Part shown: positions 42,769 to 51,578 of the stretch, one piece after another
Layout of the letters: every line of letters starts with the position of its first letter
Numbering within the stretch: position 1 is the first letter of the stretch
NCBI GenBank assembly: GCA_965242755.1
Contig: OZ251500.1
Coordinates: forward strand, 1,601,339-1,665,338
Source of the DNA: Dehalococcoidia bacterium
GTDB taxonomy: Bacteria > Chloroflexota > Dehalococcoidia > Lucifugimonadales > Australimonadaceae
Length of the DNA: 64,000 nt
Direction of reading: 5' to 3'
The notes under the pieces: generated by a model
What the model was told of the DNA's origin: nothing
Database searches by the model: none
Seen by the model: the letters and a program-made list of their open reading frames with translations, nothing else
Position numbers and translations under genes: made by a program

Positions 42769-45432
42769 ATGACATTATTACCCCACCTCTCGAAAAATTT
42801 GGCGAGCGCGCCTATGAAAGCGCTTGCGCCGCATTGGGGCGCGCTCTTGGCGCTTGCGCTCTTTCTGGTCGCGGGCCTCGCCGTTCTTGATGACTACGGC
42901 ATCACCGGGGAATACGGGGATGAAGCCATACAGCGACGGATTGCGCAGACGAACCTCCGCTACCTTGCAGACGGCGACCTCGCCGCCTTCCGTGCAGGGG
43001 CCCGGAACAACGCTGTCGAAACCTACGGCATCGCTTTCGAATTGCCTGTCCTGCTCGTTGAGCGCGCCTTCGATTTGGAGGGCAGTCGCGCGGTCTATCT
43101 GAGTAGGCATCTGCTCACGCACTTGTTCTTTCTCGCCGGGGGGCTCTTCACGTATCTCGTAGCCAGGCGGCTGTTCGGCGCCCGGCTCCTCGCGCTTACG
43201 GCAATGCTCATTTTTCTCTTGCACCCGCGTCTATTCGCGCACTCGTTCTTCAACGGCAAGGATATTCCGTTCTTGGTCGCGTTCGTCGTCGCGCTCTACC
43301 TAGCGCACAGGGCGTTCAGGCGCGGGACGGTCGCCGCGTTCGTTCTGCTGGGCGTCGGCGTCGGCATACTCTTGAACCTCCGCACTATGGGCGTCGTTCT
43401 CCTCGCCGCGATTCCGTCGCTGCGCGCGTTGGATTTCGCCTTCGCGTCGGGATGGGCGGAGCGCAAGCGCATTCTCGTTACGGCGGGGGCGTTCGTATTG
43501 GCGGCTGGGCTGGCCTTTTTCACGTTGCTGCCGTACCTGTGGACGGATCCGATTGGACACGTCGCGGAGTGGTGGACGGTCCTGGCGGACTATCCCTACA
43601 AGCCTGAGGCGTTGTTCCGGGGGGCGCTCGGACGGAGCGTGGACTTCCCCGAATACATCCCCGTCTGGTTCTCAATCACGAGTCCGCCGTTCGCGTTGCT
43701 CTTGGGGCTCGTCGGCGGGGCGGTCATCCTCCTCCGGTCGGCCAAGTCCCCGCGCGAGGCGTTGCGGAACACGCGGCTGCGGTTTGGGCTGCTGCTGGCG
43801 GGCTGCTTCACGCTGCCGATCCTCGCCGTGATTTCGCTGGACGCCAATATCTACCACGGCTGGCGGCACCTGTATTTCTTGTGGGCTCCGTTCTCCGCGC
43901 TGGGCGCGTTCGGGCTGCAATGGCTGGCCACGGCTCTCCGGCGGGCGCGGCTGTCGCAGGCGGCGTTCGCCGCGGTTGGATTGGGCGTCGCCGCGACGCT
44001 CGCTTCGATGGCGCTCATTCATCCAATGCAGCTGGCCTACTTCAACCCGCTCGTCGACCGGGTTGCCCCGGAGCGGCTGCTGTCGCAGTACACGATGGAC
44101 TACTGGGGCTACTCGCACCGGCAAGCGGTCGAATGGCTCGCCGACAACGCCCATCTCATATGGCCGCCGGCGTCCGCGATAACGGGAAACTCGGACGCGC
44201 TGAGCCGGTACAACGCAGCGTTTTTGCCGGAGTCGGCGCGGGAGCGCATAGCCAAACCGCCGGGCTTCGGCGCGTTCGCCATAGGAGGAGGGGAGACAAG
44301 AGCGCGCCCCGACCTCGCTCTGCATCGAGTGCGCGTCTACAACAACACGATTCTAACCATAGAGCGCAAGGCCAATCTTCGCGAAGCCTACGCGGAAACC
44401 CTAGCCCAAGAGCCTATTCTCGACGCCGTCTTTGCAGTCTACCGCGCGGATGATTCGTTGACGCTGGTCAAGGAGCCTTGCGCCCCGTCGTTCGTAACGG
44501 AAACGGGTTTCCTATTGCGGATAACCCCGGACGATGCGAGCGATTTGCCCGCCGGCGGGCGGAGCAAAGGTTTCGACGTTTCGAGATACCCGCTCACGCA
44601 ACGCGGAGCCTTCTTCGACGGCAGGTGCGTCGCGTCGGTTCCTTTGCCCGGCTATCCCATCAAAGAGATTGACTTCGAATGGAGCCCGGAACGGCTGGAC
44701 GCCGCCGCCGCGCGCAATGCGATGAGCCGCGCGAAAGCGGATGGGCGTCTGCTGGCGCGCTCTGCCTACGACGTCCACCTAACCGCCGGCGAGCTCGTCT
44801 ATATCCAAGAGCAATGCGACCCACTCGAGACGGAGCGCCCGTTCCGCGTAAGCGTGTTCCCTGAGCGCGTGGGCGATCTGCCGGAGCAATGGCGCGGACG
44901 CGGCCATGAGCGATACTGGTTCGCTTTCCATGAGCATGGCGCGCTGTTGGATGAGGGCGCGTGCGTCGCGCTGTTCCCCTTGCCGGATTACCCCATCGCC
45001 GGGATCCGGACGGCGCAGTACGTAGAGGGCGGGGACGATTTGTGGGAGGCGGCGTTCTCCGCCAACCCGGAGCGCTACGCGGCGGCCTACCGCGTCGTCG
45101 CGGGAAGCGAGCCGGCGGCGCGGAGCGTGTTTGACGTCCACATCGCGGACGGCGACCTCGTGTACGTCAAGGAACCGTGCGAGCAGGCGGACACCGAGGC
45201 GAGATTCTTTCTGCATATCGTTCCCAAGCGCGTAAGCGATTTGCCGGAGGCGCGGCGGGAGTTGGGTTGGGACAACTTGGATTTCCGGTTCTTTCTGAAT
45301 GGGGCGCGGTTTGACGGGAGGTGCGCGGCGCGGGTCGCCTTGCCGGACTATCCCATCGCGAGCGTTCGGACGGGGCAGTACGTCAGCGGCGCGGGGGAGG
45401 TTTGGAGCGCGGAGTTTGCCGTGGCGCGGTAG
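42769..45432 (+). CDS. GT-C-fold membrane protein, paralog 3, with three C-terminal modules
   Basis: The N-terminus 'KALAPHWGALLALALFLVAGLAVLDDYG' is nearly identical to paralog 1. Three tandem modules lie at about 44420-44700, 44750-45060 and 45120-45429. The last reads 'LVYVKEPCEQADTEARFFLHIVPKRVSDLPEARRELGWDNLDFRFFLNGARFDGRCAARVALPDYPIASVRTGQY'. An alternative start is ATG 42814. Confidence 0.72.
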   Translation: MTLLPHLSKNLASAPMKALAPHWGALLALALFLVAGLAVLDDYGITGEYGDEAIQRRIAQTNLRYLADGDLAAFRAGARNNAVETYGIAFELPVLLVERAFDLEGSRAVYLSRHLLTHLFFLAGGLFTYLVARRLFGARLLALTAMLIFLLHPRLFAHSFFNGKDIPFLVAFVVALYLAHRAFRRGTVAAFVLLGVGVGILLNLRTMGVVLLAAIPSLRALDFAFASGWAERKRILVTAGAFVLAAGLAFFTLLPYLWTDPIGHVAEWWTVLADYPYKPEALFRGALGRSVDFPEYIPVWFSITSPPFALLLGLVGGAVILLRSAKSPREALRNTRLRFGLLLAGCFTLPILAVISLDANIYHGWRHLYFLWAPFSALGAFGLQWLATALRRARLSQAAFAAVGLGVAATLASMALIHPMQLAYFNPLVDRVAPERLLSQYTMDYWGYSHRQAVEWLADNAHLIWPPASAITGNSDALSRYNAAFLPESARERIAKPPGFGAFAIGGGETRARPDLALHRVRVYNNTILTIERKANLREAYAETLAQEPILDAVFAVYRADDSLTLVKEPCAPSFVTETGFLLRITPDDASDLPAGGRSKGFDVSRYPLTQRGAFFDGRCVASVPLPGYPIKEIDFEWSPERLDAAAARNAMSRAKADGRLLARSAYDVHLTAGELVYIQEQCDPLETERPFRVSVFPERVGDLPEQWRGRGHERYWFAFHEHGALLDEGACVALFPLPDYPIAGIRTAQYVEGGDDLWEAAFSANPERYAAAYRVVAGSEPAARSVFDVHIADGDLVYVKEPCEQADTEARFFLHIVPKRVSDLPEARRELGWDNLDFRFFLNGARFDGRCAARVALPDYPIASVRTGQYVSGAGEVWSAEFAVAR

Positions 45433-45518
45433 GCCGTTGCGCCCCGTCGCGGCGCCTGCGCGCCGACTGGATTCCCGCCTACGCGGGAATGACGGGAGGT
45501 ATGCAGCCTCCCTCCCCC

Positions 45519-45947
45519 CTACCCCCGCGACAACTCCTCCAGCGGAGGCTCCGGCATGCCCGCGCTCCACGTCGGGTCGCGCAACTCCAGGCGGTTGCCG
45601 CTGGGGTCGAAGAAGTACAACTCGCGCCCGGTGAAGTGGCCCTTCGCCCGGTAGACGAGGCTGTCCACCCGCACGCCCTTCTCGCGGAAGAGCCGGCAGG
45701 CGCGCTCGAGCGTCTGCGGCGTCACGGTGAATGAGTGGTGCACCCCGGGCGGCGAGCCGCCGACGGGCGTCGTCTGCGCGCACAGCAGAATGTTCGTGTC
45801 GCCCGTGCTGAAGCACGACATCGAGTCGTTGGCGAGCCGGCCCTTCGACTCCAGCCCCAGCAGTCCGCCGTAGAACGCCTCGGACTCCGCGAGGTCGTCC
45901 ACGGGAATGGACCAGTGCGTCAGCCCCTCCACGCTCAACTCCGCCAT
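45519..45947 (-). CDS. VOC (glyoxalase/bleomycin-resistance/extradiol dioxygenase) family protein
   Basis: 142 aa. 'LTHWSIPVDDLAESEAFYGGLLGL' and 'RELYFFDPSGNRLEL' are typical VOC beta-alpha-beta-beta-beta modules. Confidence 0.8.
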   Translation of the reverse strand: MAELSVEGLTHWSIPVDDLAESEAFYGGLLGLESKGRLANDSMSCFSTGDTNILLCAQTTPVGGSPPGVHHSFTVTPQTLERACRLFREKGVRVDSLVYRAKGHFTGRELYFFDPSGNRLELRDPTWSAGMPEPPLEELSRG

Positions 45948-46010
45948 CGCCTGCCTCCTTCGTTCGTCCGCCGACGTTCGTCCCGCCGCAGCCGCGCCGC
46001 CGTTCCGCGT

Positions 46011-46130
46011 TCCGCCGTTCCGCGTTCCGCGGGCTAGCCCGGGAGCGCGGTTTGAATTGCGTCCGCGCCGCCGTCGTTCCGCGCTCCGCGCGTTAGCCCG
46101 GGAGCGCGGTTTTGAATTGCGTCCGCGCCG
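46011..46130. repeat. Tandem duplication (about 59 bp x2) covering the 3' end of the bicupin gene
   Basis: 'TAGCCCGGGAGCGCGGTTTGAATTGCGTCCGCGCCG' (46035-46070) is repeated as 'TAGCCCGGGAGCGCGGTTTTGAATTGCGTCCGCGCCG' (46094-46130). It is preceded by 'CGCCGTTCCGCGTTC' x2. Confidence 0.7.
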
Positions 46131-47259
46131 GGAAGTAGCGGCGCATATCCGGCCTCGCGCCGCGCTTCAGGCACTCCTCCTCGAAGAGGTCGAGCACGAG
46201 CGGATTCTCGTCCTCGTACTCCACCTGCATGCCGCCCTGCTTCTGGCTCACGTCGCCCTTGCCGGAGCCCGCGAACGGCGTGTGCAGGCCGGCCGCCGTT
46301 CCGCCGGAGCCGTAGCCGAGCGCCATATAGCGCGCCCGCCGCGACCCGGTGTTGAAATGCTGGTGATAGCAGGCGTCGCTCGGCACCACGACCATCGCCC
46401 CCACCTTCCAATCCGCCTTCGTCATGTCCGACATGTCCTCCTCATGCCACAGCAGCGAGTAGCCCGCGTCGCCGCTCAGGATCAGCAGGTGCGCGCCGGG
46501 GCCGTGCCGGTGCCCCTTCTTGTACGTTCCGACGGGGAACTCCGACACGTGCCCTTTCATCGCGTTGCCCGCCATCTCGAACATCGCGTTGATCCCGCCC
46601 GCGCCGCGCCCCTCCCACGAGTAGAGCGGCATATCGGGCACGTTCGGAATGAAACTCGCGTCCCACACCCGCCCGCTGTACAGCGTCCCATTCCCGCTGA
46701 AGTAGTCGTCCTCGCCCTTGAACCGCTTGGAGAACGTGAAGTCGTTGTTGAAGATGAAGTCGTCGTCCTTGAACAGCCGCATCGTGAAGGGCGCGGTCGT
46801 CACCGACAGGTAGCGCGCCGGCTCCGTTCCGCTGCCGTTGAATATCTGATACGAGGCGTTGAGCGGGACGGCGAACAGGCTGCCCTGCTTCCACTCGAAC
46901 GTCCGCTTGGGGCCGCCGCCCGTCCAGACGCTCGCGGCGCCGCGCCCGCCGACGACGTAGATGATCTCCTCGTAGAGGTGGCGCTCCGGCTCCGACGACC
47001 CGCCGGGCCTGATCTCGACCAACTGCGCGTCGTTGATGAGCACGGGGTAGGGAATGTTGAGCGCCGCGCCCTTGCCGCCCTTGCGCTCCCACGGCCCCAG
47101 TTCGACCTCCGCCAGGTCTTCGAAGGCGTACTCCTCGATGACCTTGACCCCTTCGCGGGCGAGCCACGCCCGGTACGGGTCCTCGAGGATCAACTCATCA
47201 AGCGCGCCCTCGGGCTCGGCGGCGCGCAGAATGTCGCGGTCGGCGTCCATCGTCGTCAT
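46093..47259 (-). CDS. Bicupin protein (dioxygenase-like), paralog 2
   Basis: The start is ATG 47259 ('MTTMDADRD') after GAGGAGAGGA. 'GTYKKGHRHGPGAHLLILSG' and 'ACYHQHFN' are present, and it is collinear with 24966-26123 over its whole length. Confidence 0.8.
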   Translation of the reverse strand: MTTMDADRDILRAAEPEGALDELILEDPYRAWLAREGVKVIEEYAFEDLAEVELGPWERKGGKGAALNIPYPVLINDAQLVEIRPGGSSEPERHLYEEIIYVVGGRGAASVWTGGGPKRTFEWKQGSLFAVPLNASYQIFNGSGTEPARYLSVTTAPFTMRLFKDDDFIFNNDFTFSKRFKGEDDYFSGNGTLYSGRVWDASFIPNVPDMPLYSWEGRGAGGINAMFEMAGNAMKGHVSEFPVGTYKKGHRHGPGAHLLILSGDAGYSLLWHEEDMSDMTKADWKVGAMVVVPSDACYHQHFNTGSRRARYMALGYGSGGTAAGLHTPFAGSGKGDVSQKQGGMQVEYEDENPLVLDLFEEECLKRGARPDMRRYFPARTQFKTALPG

Positions 47260-47416
47260 AGCATCCTCTCCTCGCGGCGGGTTCACCGCGCATAGTAGCA
47301 GGAAATGAGCGCGCAAGCGGGCAGGCGCAAGTTGGCCCGGCGCCCCCTTGACCTTCAGCCGCGGCTGGCTTACCTTACCCCTGCGCGGCGGACGCCGCCC
47401 GGAAGGAGGACGCGCT

Positions 47417-48418
47417 ATGGTCAACGCGGAGCCGATGCGGCTGGAAGTCTCGGTGGGATACGCCTCTATGACCTACGAGATCGTCAGGCCGCTGATGGAG
47501 GGGCGCGTCAAGATCGAAGGCGTCGAACTCGACCCGGTCGAGGAGCTCGGCCCGACGCCCGCGAGCGACTCGCGGATGAAGACGGGCGACTTCGGCCTGT
47601 GCGACCTCAATATGGGCTACTGGCTCGCCGCCATCGACCAGGGCTGGGACATCGTGGGACTCCCCCTCTTCGTCAAGCGCAAGAGCGCCCACTGGTATAT
47701 GATCGTCCGCAACGACCGGGGCATCGGCGGGCCGAAAGACCTCGAAGGCAAGCGCATCGCCACCCGCTCCTTCCGCTCCGCCATCGTGACGTGGTGCCGC
47801 GGGCTCCTGAAGCGCCGGCACGGCGTGGACACCTCCACCTTCCGCTGGCTGGTGACCGACGCCGAGGACTACTTCCCCATCTACGACAAGTCCGCGAGCG
47901 TCGAAACCGTGCAGGACGGCAAGGTGAGCGTGAAAGACCACCTGCAGCGGCTGCTCGACGGCGAGGTGGACGCCTTCCTCGGCGACGTCTCCGACCCCGA
48001 ACTGTTCGGCTGGGTCGCGAGCGACTCGCGCATCCGGCGCCTCTTCCCCGACTACGAGGAGGAAGACCTCCGCCTCTGGCGCGACGAGAGCGTCTTCACG
48101 CCCGTCCATATGATGGTGATGAGCGGGAAACTCGACCGCGAGCGCCCCGATCTGGCGATGCGCGTCTACGACGCCTTCGAGCGCGCCAAGGCGCAAGCCT
48201 ACTACGACCTGCTGCGCGACCGGGGCAGTTTCTCCGTGATCTACCTCCGCGAGCGCGTCGAGGAGCAGTTCAAGAAGTGGGGCGACCCGTTCGTCTACGG
48301 CATCGCCGCCAACCGCCGTATGCTCGACTGGTACATCGACATCAGCCGCGAGCAAGGCATCATGGCCAAGCGCTACGCCTTCGACGAGGTCTTTTCCCCG
48401 GGGGTGCTGGGGACGTAG
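47417..48418 (+). CDS. PhtD-like protein (4,5-dihydroxyphthalate decarboxylase / NMT1-type periplasmic-binding fold family)
   Basis: The start is ATG 47417 after AAGGAGGA. 'LMEGRVKIEGVELDP....' and 'GGPKDLEGKRIATRSFRSAIVTWCRGLLKRRHGVD' resemble this family. Assigned from memory of the family pattern only. Confidence 0.55.
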   Translation: MVNAEPMRLEVSVGYASMTYEIVRPLMEGRVKIEGVELDPVEELGPTPASDSRMKTGDFGLCDLNMGYWLAAIDQGWDIVGLPLFVKRKSAHWYMIVRNDRGIGGPKDLEGKRIATRSFRSAIVTWCRGLLKRRHGVDTSTFRWLVTDAEDYFPIYDKSASVETVQDGKVSVKDHLQRLLDGEVDAFLGDVSDPELFGWVASDSRIRRLFPDYEEEDLRLWRDESVFTPVHMMVMSGKLDRERPDLAMRVYDAFERAKAQAYYDLLRDRGSFSVIYLRERVEEQFKKWGDPFVYGIAANRRMLDWYIDISREQGIMAKRYAFDEVFSPGVLGT

Positions 48419-48485
48419 CGTCGGCGGCGCGCCGGCGGTGGGGCGCCGCGCGCCCCGTCCCCCAGCCATCCCCGCCTCCACGCCC

Positions 48486-48765
48486 TGACCGCGAAAGCGG
48501 GAACCTACTCCCCGGTCCCGTCATTCCCGCGTAGGCGGGAATCCAGGCGGCGCGGAGCGCCATGACGGGGCGCAAGCCTCGTCTCCAAGTCATCCCCGAG
48601 GCCACGTCATTCCCGCGAAGCGGGAATCTAGTCCACACGTCCGTCATTCCCGCGCAGCCGCGAACCCACCCGCCACGCAAGCGCCATGAGACAGGGCGCC
48701 ACGCGCCCCGTCCCCAAGCCATCCCCCCACCGCCCATGTCGTTCCGCGTAGGCGGGAACAACTGG
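48486..48765. repeat. Cluster of five REP hairpins
   Basis: Hairpins at about 48488-48505 (GAAA loop), 48519-48545 (GTAG), 48605-48628 (shortened GAA-type loop, 'TTCCCGCGAAGCGGGAA'), 48641-48665 (degenerate) and 48738-48760 (GTAG). Spacing is irregular. Confidence 0.7.
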
Positions 48766-48838
48766 CCGCCTGAACGACCGGAGACATGGGTAACGCTAGC
48801 CCGGATACATAGGTAACGCCCTGACGGGGGTTTTGATT

Positions 48839-49649
48839 AGGTACAGACCGGGAACATAGGTAACAGAAACCCGGATACATGGGTAACGCCTCGGCGATGA
48901 TGCGCATCAGCACATCAAGGAGGACCAATGTTGCCCTGGATCAATACCACCGCCGTAGACCAGCGCCGCGCCCTCGTCGCCGCTTGGATCGCAGGCGACG
49001 CCCCCATCGCCGAACTCGCGCGGCGGTTCCGCGTCTCACGCAAGACCGCCCACAAGTTCATCAACCGCTTCAACAAGCTCGGCGACGCCGGCCTCCACGA
49101 CCTCCCACGCGCTCCACGCAACCCCCGCGCCACAGACCCCAATCTCGCCGCGATGATCGTCGACGCCAAGCGGAACGCCCCCCTGCTCGGCCCCAAGAAG
49201 ATCATCCCAACCCTCCGCGGCGCCCATCCCGACCTGCCCTGGCCAACGCCCTCCACCGCCGGCGCCATCCTCGACCGCGAGGGTCTCGTCAAGCGCCGCA
49301 AGCGCTCACGCCGCTCCCCTCCCTTCGCAGACCCCTTCGCCAATGTCCAAGCCCCCAACGACTGCTGGGCCATCGATTTCAAGGGCTGGGCGCGGACAAG
49401 CGACAGCGCGCGCCTCGACCCCCTTACGCTCATCGACGCCGACTCCCGCTTCCTCATCGCCTGCGAGGGGCTCCCGCGCCCAACGCTCGCCTGCGTCCTC
49501 CCCGTCGTCGATAAGGGCGCGGCGCTGGTCTACGGCGGTGGTATTGATCCAGGGCAACATTGGTCCTCCTCGATGTGTTGGGATGCATCATCGCCGAGGC
49601 GTTACCCATGTATTCGGGTTTCTGTCACCTATGTTCCCGGTCTGTACCT
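48839..49649. mobile_element. IS481/IS3-type IS remnant bounded by 136-bp inverted copies of its own 5' end
   Basis: The left arm (48839-48974) and the reverse complement of the right arm (49514-49649) align with 8 mismatches in 136 positions. Each arm holds the IS end, the Shine-Dalgarno and the first 16 codons ('MLPWINTTAVDQRRAL'). Subterminal 'CCGGATACAT(A/G)GGTAACGCC' motifs repeat at 48800 and 48871. Confidence 0.7.
48928..49512 (+). pseudogene. Truncated DDE (rve-type) transposase, IS481-like
   Basis: HTH 'IAELARRFRVSRKTAHKFINRF', then the beginning of the integrase core 'NDCWAIDFKGW...LTLIDADSRFLIACEG'. Similarity is lost at the junction with the inverted arm (about 49513). Confidence 0.7.
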
Positions 49650-49745
49650 GAGGGCAGCCCCGTCCCGTCGCCCATCCTCGTAGGCTGGTGAGCCATGACG
49701 ACGAACCCTCGGCAGCGCAAGACGGGGCTACCCCCCCCCGCGGGG

Positions 49746-51383
49746 TCAGCCCACCGGGAGTTCGTGCTGCGCCCCCTCGCGGAGGACGCGGGAGGCGGCG
49801 TGGGCGAAGGCGCGGAAGAGCGGGTGCGGCTGCTCAGGGCGCGAGCGAAACTCCGGGTGAAACTGCACGCCCACCATAAAGGGATGCTCGAGGTCTTCGA
49901 CGATCTCGACGAGGTCGCCGTCGGGAGAGAGCCCGGACGCGAGGAGCCCGGCGGTTTGGAGGGGCTCGCGGTAGGCGTTGTTGAATTCAAAGCGGTGGCG
50001 GTGGCGCTCGTTCACCAGGTCGGCCCCGTAGGCGGCGGCGGCTTTGGAGCGCGGCGTCAGCGCGCAGGCGTAGTCGCCGAGGCGCATCGTGCCGCCCATT
50101 TCGTTGACGTTGCGCTGTCCGGGCATCAGGTCAATGACCGGATGAGGCGAGTCGGGGGCGAATTCGGTGGAGTCGGCGTCGGCGAGGCCGAGGACGTTGC
50201 GGGCGCGCTCAATGACCAGCGCCTGCATGCCGAGGCAGAGGCCGAGATAGGGCAGTTCGCGCTCGCGGGCGTATCTGGCGGTTTGGACCATCCCCTCCAC
50301 GCCTCTGGGGCCGAAGCCGCCGGGGACGACGACGCCGCGGGCTTCCTCGAGCCAAGCGTGGGGTCCGTCGCGCTCGACGTCCTCGGAGCGCACCCATTGG
50401 ACGTCGAGGCTACGCCCGGCGTCGAGCGCGGCGTGGCGGAGGGCTTCGCGCACGGAGAGGTAGGCGTCGGGAAGATCGGCGTATTTGCCGACGACGGCGA
50501 TGGGGAGGCTGCCGCCGGGATCGGCGGCGCGCTCAATCATCGCGCGCCAGCCGTCGAGCCCGGGGCCGGCGGCGGCGGGGAGCCCCAGTTCGCGGACGAG
50601 GAGGTCGCCGACGCCTTCCGCGTCGAGGGCGAGGGGCGCCTCGTAGATGTTGGCGAGCGTCTCCATCGGAATGACGGCGTCGGGCTGCACGTCGCAGAAG
50701 AGCGACACCTTCTCCTTGATGGAGGAGGGAATGGGGTGATCGGAGCGGCAGACGATGGCGTCGGGCTGGATGCCGATGGCGCGGAGTTCCTTGACGGAGT
50801 GCTGCGTGGGCTTCGTCTTGAGTTCGCCGGTCGCGCCGATGTGCGGAAGGAGCGTCACGTGCATGTAGAAGGCGTTGCGATGGCCGACCTCGGCGCGCAT
50901 TTGCCGGATCGCCTCGAGGAACGGCTGGCCCTCGATGTCGCCGACGGTGCCGCCGACCTCGACGAGGACGACGTCGGGCGCGGGGGGCGCGGCGGCGCGG
51001 CGCATAAAGGCTTTGATGACGTTGGTGACGTGGGGGACGGTTTGGATAGTGCCGCCGAGATGGAGGCCGCGGCGCTCCTCGCCGATGAGTTGCGTGTAGA
51101 CCTGGCCGGCGGTGATGTTGGAGTTGCGCGTGAGTTCAATGTCGATGAAGCGCTCGTAGTGGCCGAGGTCGAGGTCGGTTTCGCAGCCGTCGCGCGTCAC
51201 GAAGACCTCGCCGTGCTGATAGGGCGACATTGTGCCGGGGTCGACGTTGAGGTAGGGGTCGAGTTTTTGGACGGCGACGGAGAGGCCGCGGCTTTTGAGG
51301 ATGCGCCCGATGGCGGCGGCGCAGATGCCCTTGCCGACGGAACTGACGACGCCGCCGGTCACGAAGACGTAGCGCGTGGTCAT
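49746..51383 (-). CDS. pyrG: CTP synthase
   Basis: 'YVFVTGGVVSSVGKGI', a GATase domain with 'GLCLGMQ', and 'HRHRFEFN'. Confidence 0.95.
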   Translation of the reverse strand: MTTRYVFVTGGVVSSVGKGICAAAIGRILKSRGLSVAVQKLDPYLNVDPGTMSPYQHGEVFVTRDGCETDLDLGHYERFIDIELTRNSNITAGQVYTQLIGEERRGLHLGGTIQTVPHVTNVIKAFMRRAAAPPAPDVVLVEVGGTVGDIEGQPFLEAIRQMRAEVGHRNAFYMHVTLLPHIGATGELKTKPTQHSVKELRAIGIQPDAIVCRSDHPIPSSIKEKVSLFCDVQPDAVIPMETLANIYEAPLALDAEGVGDLLVRELGLPAAAGPGLDGWRAMIERAADPGGSLPIAVVGKYADLPDAYLSVREALRHAALDAGRSLDVQWVRSEDVERDGPHAWLEEARGVVVPGGFGPRGVEGMVQTARYARERELPYLGLCLGMQALVIERARNVLGLADADSTEFAPDSPHPVIDLMPGQRNVNEMGGTMRLGDYACALTPRSKAAAAYGADLVNERHRHRFEFNNAYREPLQTAGLLASGLSPDGDLVEIVEDLEHPFMVGVQFHPEFRSRPEQPHPLFRAFAHAASRVLREGAQHELPVG

Positions 51384-51578
51384 CGGGCCGCTCCGCCCGG
51401 AGCGCGGGAGAGGAGCGCAGGAGAGGGAGAAGAGACGGCGCGCCGGAGGCGTCCGGGAATGGGGCTTGGGCGCGAAGCGATGCGTTGCACGGACGCGGAT
51501 TGTAAGGAGTCGGGGGGCGGCGCGTCAAGCGGGGGCGGGGCGATTTCGCCGGCGCTAGGCGGCGGCGGGACCGCTCCG

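Noticed and set aside
48486-48765. A possible CRISPR array, because of five closely spaced similar repeats.
   Set aside because: The repeats are short palindromic hairpins of variable sequence with irregular spacing. They belong to the REP family found throughout the window, and no cas genes are present.
48839-49649. The inverted duplication as a pure snap-back assembly or amplification chimera.
   Set aside because: The two arms differ at 8 of 136 positions, whereas an artefactual fold-back would be identical. It is kept as a finding, with a request for read-level verification.
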